DNA of 64,000 nucleotides from Phaeosaccion multiseriatum (taxonomy: Eukaryota > Protista > Ochrophyta, other classes), in contig OZ218957.1 in the NCBI GenBank assembly GCA_965112735.1, forward strand, positions 1,488,001-1,552,000, read 5' to 3'. Below, piece after piece: positions 58,001 through 64,000 of this stretch. Position 1 is the first letter of the stretch. Each line of letters begins with the position of its first letter. Both the position numbers and the translations under genes were made by a program. The notes beneath the pieces are model-generated. The model was not told where the DNA came from and searched no databases. It worked only from the letters and a program-made list of their open reading frames with translations.

Positions 58001-61000
58001 GGGGACCTCAGAGAGAAAGGGCAGGGGGAGATAGCACACGCACGCAAGGAACCACAGCAGCAGCAGCGAGACGAGGGGGAGGAGGACGGAGCAGAGGCCA
58101 AGGAGGTAGCGGCGGGGACGGAGGGGACGGAGAAGGGCCAGCCAACGACGATACACCCGAGGAAGGATGGCCCATGCAGCACCCAAACGTCCTCCGCCTA
58201 GGGGCCCTGGACCCGCAGGGTACCATCCTCTCAACACTCGTGTTTGAGACAGTAGCGCAGTGCAACCCCCGCCACGTCAGCTCGATTATCAGCTTACAGC
58301 AAAGAGCGCTCAACAACTGGAACAGGGCGCTGAGGGCCCACAAGAACGGCCCCACCGACGCCACCCTCCACACCCTTCTGGCATGGGATGTCTTCCACCA
58401 CCTCCTCCCTGCCATGCTCTTCTCTAAAGACGGAGCCTACAGCCGCCAGCAGCGGATACAGATGGTCCTCGACCTCGACATCGCCCCACTCGCACAAGCA
58501 GCGATAGCCACAGCACACGCACGCCGCCCACCACCCCCAGCACAGGCACAGACAGAGGAGCGACGGAGAGAAACCTGCGCCCACCTGCTCACCAAACCCG
58601 GAGGCCTGCACAAGGCCGCCGCGAGGCTCAGCACAAAGAGCAGAGACGGCCACCTCCCTCCCACACACGAGACCTTTAGACGCCTCCAGCAAGCGCACGT
58701 CGACGAGAGCCTCGAAGAGATCAACACAGCAGCAGCAGCAGCCAGGGAGTACGCCAGAACCCAGGTGCAGGAGCACCCCGAGAATGGCAACGACGTCACC
58801 AGAGAGGAGATCAGCACAGCCATGCTGCTGACCTACCGGAGGGTCAACTTCTGGAAGGGCCAAGGAGCAGACGGGCGCAGGGCGAGCCACGTCAAGTACC
58901 CCCCGGACAGCCCCCAGGAGTACGCAATCGTGGAGGCTCTGACTGACACCTACGAGCTGCTCCGAACGGGGGACACTCCACTGCCTCCACAGCTCGCCAA
59001 ACGGTGGTTCAGCACCAGCGCCGCAGCCCTCGGCGAGAAAGCGCGTCCTGTGACATCCCCCAACCTCTACCGCAGCCTCGTGGAGAGCTGTCACATGAAG
59101 CTCATCGCGGACAGGGTGGGCCCAGAGCTCAGAAGCGCAGGACAGCTAGCGGTAGCGGTCAGAGGCGGAGGGGAAACACACGCCGCAGCAGCCCAGCTAG
59201 CGCACGATGCCGGCAAAACCGTCGTGCTGCATGACATCACCAAGGCCTACACCCGCGTGTCGCGTGCCAGAGGCGTCCTAGCCTCAGGAGCACTCCCTAC
59301 CATCGACCCAGCAGGCATCAACTACGCCATCGCCAGCCTCTCCCACGCCTCCGCCCACAACGCCCTCACACCAGACGGCACCCAGACCATCCACCAGAGC
59401 TCCGGAGTCAACCAAGGAGCACCAGAAGGGCCTCTCATGTTCGCAGCCGCCATCCACCCAGTGCTGAAAGTTCAGAACACAGCCGACACCGCAGCGAACC
59501 GCCCCACCATCTCCGCCTACGCAGACGACCTCATGGACCAGCTGGAACCCGACGCACCCCTACAGACCTACGCCCCACGCCATGCCCATCTCCAAGCCCA
59601 ATTCCGAGGCTTGGGCCTCGAGTTCAACGAGAGGAAAACGGTTTACCTCATGGGCAAAGGCAAGCAGCCAACACAGGCTGACAGGGACCACGCCCAACGG
59701 CAGGGCGCCACACTTGCCACCGAGGGTACCGTGGTAGCCGGCATCCCCGTCGGCACGGAGGAGTACATCGAAGAGTACCTCCGCAACATCCTCGGCCAAG
59801 AAGACCCCAGGGGCTACCTCCAACTCGCCAAACACTGCAGCGAGTGGGACAACACCCAGGCGGCCACCCTCGTCCTCCTCCAATGCCTCCCAGCCAGGCT
59901 CACACACCTGGCGAGAGCCATTGACCCCTCCATCTTCCGACGCGCCCTCGGCAGCAGGGCAGACCGCACCAACAGAGCGACAATGGCCCACATCATGCGA
60001 CTCCCCGATGCCCCCCTCTGGAGCAGGCCGCAGATGCACAAGAGGAGCCATGGACGGAGACACAGCGCCTACAAATGCATACGGCACGGCGCTTCGGCGG
60101 CCTCGGCCTCACCAGCCTCCACGACATCGCCCCAGCAGCATACCTTGGCAACAAGATGCTCACCCTCCCCCCTGCTCAGCCGCACCGCACGCCGGGAAGG
60201 CTCCCAAGAGAGCGCCCTACCGGACCAGCTGTTCACCAACGGAGCCCTCAAGAGCGTCGCCGACAGCGTCAACCTCCTGCACGAGGAGGGGGTCCCTGAG
60301 GCCCCCCTCATCCAAGCAGTGGGTCAGGCACAGTTCGACGAGGCCCGCTCACGCGTACTCGAGCCGCCTGACCACCAAGCCCAGGACACAGCGCGACGCA
60401 ACGTGCGCAGGAGCCATCAGGCAGGCCGTCAACCGACCCACGGCGTCCAGAAGGCCCTCACCACCTTCATCCACAAACGCCGCCATGAGGAGCTGACGCA
60501 GAGCATCGCCACCATCGACGTCACACCGGCAGAGGCACAGAGGGGAGAGGAGACACAGGAAATGGCAACAGCCCGACTCCACTCACAGCGAGGAAGGGGC
60601 GCCATGGCCTTCCTCGGAGCGCTCCCCCACGGCCACAACACCATGGCCCCCGCAGAATGGACCATGGCCCTTCGTCGCAACCTCGGTGTCAACACGCCAT
60701 ACGCGGACCCGCCCCCACCCTGCCTTGGCACAGGCTGCGCCCGCACGGCAAGCACTACCCACGCCACCATCTGCCCCCGCACCGGCCTCCACAACCACAC
60801 ACACCACCTCCTCGTCAAGGCCTTCGGGAGGATGATGCACAGCGTGGGCATTGGAGGAGCACGTGTAGAGGACCAGACCTGCTTCGACGGCCCCACGGGC
60901 ACCCGAGCAGGCCGAGACCTACGCATGGACCTGACCTATCCCGCAGGTAGCTTCCCGGGAGCGGACGCACCCCTGCGGAGAAACCTCCTCTGCGACATCA

Positions 61001-61641
61001 CCGTCACCAACCCCACCGCCCCCACTCACGTGGGACGGGCCTCCACCACGCCAGGCCACGCAGCAGCCGCCGCCGAAGAACGCAAGCGCACCCACTACCT
61101 GGGCAGTTTTCTGCCCGGGACTTCAACCCTGAAGTGCATTGCAATCGAGACGTACGGCAGACTGGGCCACCAAACGGACGAGCTCATCGAGGCGATGGCC
61201 ATCCACAAGGCATCAAGAGGGCTCGGCCCCGCAGCGGCGGCAGCCACGGGCCCCATCAAGGGCCTCCTGCGCCAACAACTGTCCCTCGCCCTTCAACGCG
61301 CCCTCTCACAGCGGGAGATCAGGTATGGCACCCTCCTTCGAGCCACCATGACGCAGCACGAAGCAGCAGAAACCCTCGACTGGGGGCTCATGGGAGCCAT
61401 CGACGGAGCGGCCGCCTGAGGAGCAGGAGTACACCAGCCAGCAGACAGCGAGACCATCAGCACACAGCATAGCAACCACAGTTAGTCACGCCTTGTCACC
61501 CGCACCACCCACAGTAGGCTAGTTCACATATCACCTCCACCACCTCACTCCTTCCCACACCCCTTCATCTCCTCCTCCCCCCTTCACTCCCTTCCCATTC
61601 CCCATTATCCTCTACTCTACCACCCTTACCATCCTCTTCCC
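55001..61641 (+). mobile_element. Retrotransposon insertion 18, full length; the last ~100 nt of the 3' UTR is displaced by an LTR element
   Basis: T12-CTGCTTAAG 5' end directly after GCTTCTCACACCC; UTR homology stops at 61641, where TGTGCTA begins. Confidence 0.93.
55033..61419 (+). CDS. CRE-clade-like non-LTR polyprotein, 2128 aa: C2H2 finger (~56440-56523), C4 finger (~56650-56751), RING-like 1 (57094-57231), RING-like 2 (57445-57641), RT (YADD at 59518-59529), CCHC knuckle + restriction-like endonuclease (~60721-61300)
   Basis: Continuous ORF. Motifs CNFGEC..LIRHQSSHH, CPVC..HHVHNHC..CPYC, CCIC..CQHTVHPAC..CPAQGC, QLAVAVRGGGE, HDITKAY, GVNQG.P.GPLMF, AYADD, CLGTGC..HATIC, RMDL..CDITV..KRTHY..IETYGRLG. 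A compensating -1/-2 pair in C-runs (~60016, ~60172) puts about 50 aa, including RFGGLGL, out of frame. Confidence 0.9.
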   Translation: MEGDDRGATRPPGAQETPANLTATQQEPPMSRDQQRLERRERRAAAAAIRQTPAREGVPTPITAPPAAAAPRNTLPQDPQLPPALTEPTATAAEAHPQQQQPQPISTTRQQTAPAARRSTTPASETTGPTTAPPPTATSPAPMQPTTRPRGRSRTPRARSPERPTATFRASDPAQTTNASTHRNAHGITEQIVSILQDEYEDTHLTATTPIRQHPNLFFNEQAPASASRRISAEFASLNLTATELTHHNTAEAIADLVRPPPTTHEEETASLETDTHGHAPTTWSNTIRHQRDAALPPTNSHFYMPLLRQALRSGGPPTTPGRPHGGGDYPLGWQQIVEAYAHTLAGQEITSNELVNDYITASRQEELIAVLPDVQAIVERYGHALRDHTNNTTTSPFANTMATPWWAPGQALALRTRQAPRGTAPGPPPPPAQSDATTPSPPTPEDNPNNARVYRRHPDNGNIQGGILCNFGECHDTFVTVGNTRDRLIRHQSSHHPNRGREWDRWMREHHPQAASILWYRANGPQSGPQNNTYQLRDCTSGCGNLAHRNSGRSFLTRFPQSGLRQPLCNACIRAHEAASLPAPPTIQRARSMPPPTRAGGTDTTREHDQEGGGRGERAGHRGGGRGDREGRVVAGGEEGENSRGGGERPALAREAAAEGGEGQAAGGGDEGEGGGDPTNNEELPNCPVCMEPLTGQAQVAMHEGEHHVHNHCALGVMSRYPNRNDHLCPYCRNPCYRHTIEQAITAQGGRAMGRARDRLARERRESHQQHAQASQGRRRQSQPPPTTRHTPPPQPTAPPAPICCICMSDADPPFIAPTTEWPVRTRRCQHTVHPACLLHHLNDQATLRRANQQPVIPPGNLPCPAQGCMAGYQAQRAIPALRTILTQGNAASAYQGPLNDLENAYLGPDPNEDPSRTATPQHTTATARLNPYQPTTPTGRGGGRGHAEGGGGGGGGGGAIAAAPSGVEGGRGGRGRGEGNGQGAAAERGPQRERAGGDSTRTQGTTAAAARRGGGGRSRGQGGSGGDGGDGEGPANDDTPEEGWPMQHPNVLRLGALDPQGTILSTLVFETVAQCNPRHVSSIISLQQRALNNWNRALRAHKNGPTDATLHTLLAWDVFHHLLPAMLFSKDGAYSRQQRIQMVLDLDIAPLAQAAIATAHARRPPPPAQAQTEERRRETCAHLLTKPGGLHKAAARLSTKSRDGHLPPTHETFRRLQQAHVDESLEEINTAAAAAREYARTQVQEHPENGNDVTREEISTAMLLTYRRVNFWKGQGADGRRASHVKYPPDSPQEYAIVEALTDTYELLRTGDTPLPPQLAKRWFSTSAAALGEKARPVTSPNLYRSLVESCHMKLIADRVGPELRSAGQLAVAVRGGGETHAAAAQLAHDAGKTVVLHDITKAYTRVSRARGVLASGALPTIDPAGINYAIASLSHASAHNALTPDGTQTIHQSSGVNQGAPEGPLMFAAAIHPVLKVQNTADTAANRPTISAYADDLMDQLEPDAPLQTYAPRHAHLQAQFRGLGLEFNERKTVYLMGKGKQPTQADRDHAQRQGATLATEGTVVAGIPVGTEEYIEEYLRNILGQEDPRGYLQLAKHCSEWDNTQAATLVLLQCLPARLTHLARAIDPSIFRRALGSRADRTNRATMAHIMRLPDAPLWSRPQMHKRSHGRRHSAYKCIRHGASAASASPASTTSPQQHTLATRCSPSPLLSRTARREGSQESALPDQLFTNGALKSVADSVNLLHEEGVPEAPLIQAVGQAQFDEARSRVLEPPDHQAQDTARRNVRRSHQAGRQPTHGVQKALTTFIHKRRHEELTQSIATIDVTPAEAQRGEETQEMATARLHSQRGRGAMAFLGALPHGHNTMAPAEWTMALRRNLGVNTPYADPPPPCLGTGCARTASTTHATICPRTGLHNHTHHLLVKAFGRMMHSVGIGGARVEDQTCFDGPTGTRAGRDLRMDLTYPAGSFPGADAPLRRNLLCDITVTNPTAPTHVGRASTTPGHAAAAAEERKRTHYLGSFLPGTSTLKCIAIETYGRLGHQTDELIEAMAIHKASRGLGPAAAAATGPIKGLLRQQLSLALQRALSQREIRYGTLLRATMTQHEAAETLDWGLMGAIDGAAA

Positions 61642-61877
61642 TGTGCTAAGCTGACGTAGAAAAGCTTAAGGGGTTTGGACCAAGTATTCGCCGCGCCTCT
61701 GGTGGGGCGTCGGTGTCCGTATTAAGTCTTTACTACTCACTTAGAGCTTGCAAGAAAAAGAGTGCTCTCCACACGCTTTCTATCTATCCCCCCTGGGTCA
61801 GGGGTGTCCATGAAGGTTACACTCATATTTCTGTGACCCCTGAATGTATGACCAACACTTTATAGGACAATAGCACA
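61642..61877 (-). repeat. 3' LTR (236 bp) of a Ty3/Gypsy element
   Basis: TG...CA with 7-bp terminal inverted repeat TGTGCTA/TAGCACA; polypurine-like GGGGGTAG immediately upstream on the minus strand (61885-61878). Confidence 0.82.
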
Positions 61878-61944
61878 CTACCCCCAAGCGACAGCCCGAG
61901 CCGTCAAAAGAGGAAAGAAACTATCCCAGTACCTAACACAACGC

Positions 61945-64000
61945 TTACCGCTTCTTGCGCGTACGCTTGCGCTTGGGCGCTACTACCCGCTCTGCGTTCC
62001 GCTCCGAGAGGGCCCGCAAGTAGGCTCGGACTGCGCTGATTCGCTGTTTGTCCGGATGCTTGGCGAGATACTGCTCCACTGCTTGGGGTGTATCCGCCAT
62101 AAGCTGCTCGATGGGCTCCTCGCTGTTCTCGACTGCGTCGAAGCCTCTCCACTTGACGATTAAGAACCAGCTGCCATCAGCACGCCTAACCAGCCCCTCA
62201 AAAGACTCGACTACGAAACTCTGAGTGCTGTGTGAGATCTGGTGGAGGACGTCGGTAGTAAGATTGACATCACCGTCGCAGTAGTAGCGTAGCCGGTTGA
62301 TGTGCACGTCCAAAGTGCGCTTCTGTCCCACTAACTCCTCAATGCGATATACGTGGTGCTCGAGAGCCTCAGTCACTCGGCAAGGACCATGCCATCGGCC
62401 AACGACCTTGCTCGTAGGCCCCACTGACGCCACCGTCACAAATACTCCAGGCTGGAAAATTGACTCGCTGGCGAGCTCGCGCGCGCGATCAAGATCCTTC
62501 CTGTGCTCGGCGCCACGCCGCCCCTGCAATAGACGTGCGTTGATGCCATCACGCTTGCGCTCCCTGATCTTGGAGAGGTGCTCCTCGACCCGTGTACGTA
62601 ACTGCTCCCGAATTTGCTGCAGCCCCTCAGCCATCGTGTCGACCTGCGCTTGGGTGAGTTGCTTCAACTCCACCTTCTGCGCTCGATCAGCATCATGAAG
62701 CATAACCGTGTCGATAGGGCGCTGAGGTACATGGCCTGAATGCAGCTCAATCGGAGACTTGCTGGAACGACTGCTCTTGGTGCAACTGTTCTCGATGGAC
62801 TCGACCACTGGCAGAAACTGCGGCCACGACTCTGGTAGCGCCCTCATCTCTGATAGTAGCGGCTGCATAAGCTTCTGAAGCGTTTGCACTCCGCGCTCCC
62901 CAAGTCCACGGCTATAAGCCGCATGTGCCACCACAAAATGATGATCACACCTCAACATTGCTCTCAGCTCGCTCATCACCTCATTGAGGAAATGACTGCC
63001 TCTGTCACTCTGCCATCGAGGCACAATGCCATGCTGAGCAAACCATCTCAGCAAAGCCCGCGCGCACCCTCGTGCGGTAGCCTCATAGCACGGCTCGTAC
63101 ATTGTCAAGGACGAAAAGTCATCAAAAATGCATAGCGCGTACTGTACTTGAATCTGCATGAACCCATCAGGTCCATCAACCCAAATGATACCCTTGCCCA
63201 TCTTGACATAGTCAAACCATATCATCTGCTGGGGCTTGGTAGCATGCCATTGACCCAAAAGCGGTCGAGGAACGCGCAGCCCTACGCCATTGCTAAGGCA
63301 ATGAATACACTCGTTCACAAAGCGCTTGATATCCTCATGCTGGCCATGCCAGACAAAGTCCTTCCCTACAGCTTCCAGCGTGTTGGTCATCCCACGATGG
63401 CCCATGCCCCCCTGGTGGGCCACTACGCTGAGCCGAAGGCGCAAATCCTCTGCCTTACGCGGTATCCAAATCTTTGACTGCTGAGCGTCGTCATCTGTGC
63501 TACTTTTTGCTCGAATCAGACCGCCGTCGCCAGTCTGTGAGAGAAGCAGTTGGCGACCACTCTCTCCCACCTCTTTGCCAGCGTCCAGGAGCTTTGCAAA
63601 GGCCTCCTGCTGAACGCTGACAATCTCCTGCTCCGTGGGCCAAAGAAAGTCAGGCGCCATCATGTCAAAGACCTGCATGGCTCCGAATTTCCCGCCTCGT
63701 AGAGCCAACACGCAAGGCGCTGCATGGCTCGTCCTCTTGCGCCAACGGCTCAGAGGGTCAGCCCACAAGTGCTTGTCGCCAGGCAAATGCATAATTGTAT
63801 AGTCAAATGCCTGCAATCGAAGTGCCTGTCGCTGCAGCCGCTCTCGCATGGGTTTGGTCAGACCCGGGTACTGTGGGTCGTTAGACCAGAGAAAAGCCAA
63901 ATTGCGATGGTCGCAGAAAATGTATACCTTCCTCGCCCCTACCAAAGCGTACTCATTCTGAATCACAGTCCGGTAAGTGGCATCTGCCTCTTTGTCCACA
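61945..64000 (-). CDS. Ty3/Gypsy (chromovirus-type) Pol C-terminal part: end of RNase H, integrase, chromodomain; truncated by the window edge
   Basis: IFCDHRNL..RLQRQALRLQAFDYTIMHLPG..WADPLSR (RNase H end); HQGGMGH..CIHC; WFDYV..SDRGSHF..GLGER (DDE core); RWHGPCRV; FLIVKWRGFDAVENSEEP (chromodomain). Confidence 0.92.
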   Translation of the reverse strand, partial: VDKEADATYRTVIQNEYALVGARKVYIFCDHRNLAFLWSNDPQYPGLTKPMRERLQRQALRLQAFDYTIMHLPGDKHLWADPLSRWRKRTSHAAPCVLALRGGKFGAMQVFDMMAPDFLWPTEQEIVSVQQEAFAKLLDAGKEVGESGRQLLLSQTGDGGLIRAKSSTDDDAQQSKIWIPRKAEDLRLRLSVVAHQGGMGHRGMTNTLEAVGKDFVWHGQHEDIKRFVNECIHCLSNGVGLRVPRPLLGQWHATKPQQMIWFDYVKMGKGIIWVDGPDGFMQIQVQYALCIFDDFSSLTMYEPCYEATARGCARALLRWFAQHGIVPRWQSDRGSHFLNEVMSELRAMLRCDHHFVVAHAAYSRGLGERGVQTLQKLMQPLLSEMRALPESWPQFLPVVESIENSCTKSSRSSKSPIELHSGHVPQRPIDTVMLHDADRAQKVELKQLTQAQVDTMAEGLQQIREQLRTRVEEHLSKIRERKRDGINARLLQGRRGAEHRKDLDRARELASESIFQPGVFVTVASVGPTSKVVGRWHGPCRVTEALEHHVYRIEELVGQKRTLDVHINRLRYYCDGDVNLTTDVLHQISHSTQSFVVESFEGLVRRADGSWFLIVKWRGFDAVENSEEPIEQLMADTPQAVEQYLAKHPDKQRISAVRAYLRALSERNAERVVAPKRKRTRKKR

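Larger units (their letters stand above)
61642..64000 (-). mobile_element. Chromodomain Ty3/Gypsy LTR retrotransposon nested in the 3' UTR of insertion 18
   Basis: LTR, PPT-like tract and pol; the junction interrupts the non-LTR 3' UTR. Confidence 0.88.

Noticed and set aside
20926-61475. Many overlapping antisense and alternate-frame ORFs within the element copies
   Set aside because: Expected in GC-rich, T-poor sequence; they have no motifs and recur only because the element is repeated.

Overview
Eukaryotic genomic DNA, most likely a flagellated ochrophyte (stramenopile) alga: GT-AG introns rich in simple repeats, a bipartite plastid-targeting-like presequence and ciliary genes. The first ~20 kb is an ordinary gene region: CFAP77-like (+), a low-complexity protein with a TPX2-type Aurora-binding motif (-), TTLL1 (+), an 18-exon citramalate synthase (-) and BAP31 (+). 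From ~19.9 to 61.6 kb there are three tandem copies of a minus-strand gene encoding WRKY19-like C-x4-C-x9-C-x2-HG zinc-finger repeats. They carry 18 insertions of one CRE-clade-like non-LTR retrotransposon family (single ~2,130-aa ORF: C2H2 + C4 zinc fingers, two RING fingers, RT, restriction-like endonuclease). Every insertion is at the same position of the 75-81-bp finger-coding repeat (+ strand GCTT^CTCACACCCC, the G-C-E-K codons), antisense to the host gene, mostly with a 7-12-bp target-site duplication. On the host strand the element has a conserved AG|GTAAGT donor 42 nt inside its 3' end and an acceptor-like site at its 5' end, so it may be spliced out as an intron. The array also holds two fold-back inverted insertions, two small TIR elements stacked in one CTATAT site, and a chromodomain Ty3/Gypsy element that runs off the right edge. 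All calls come from motif reading by eye; no database searches were run.
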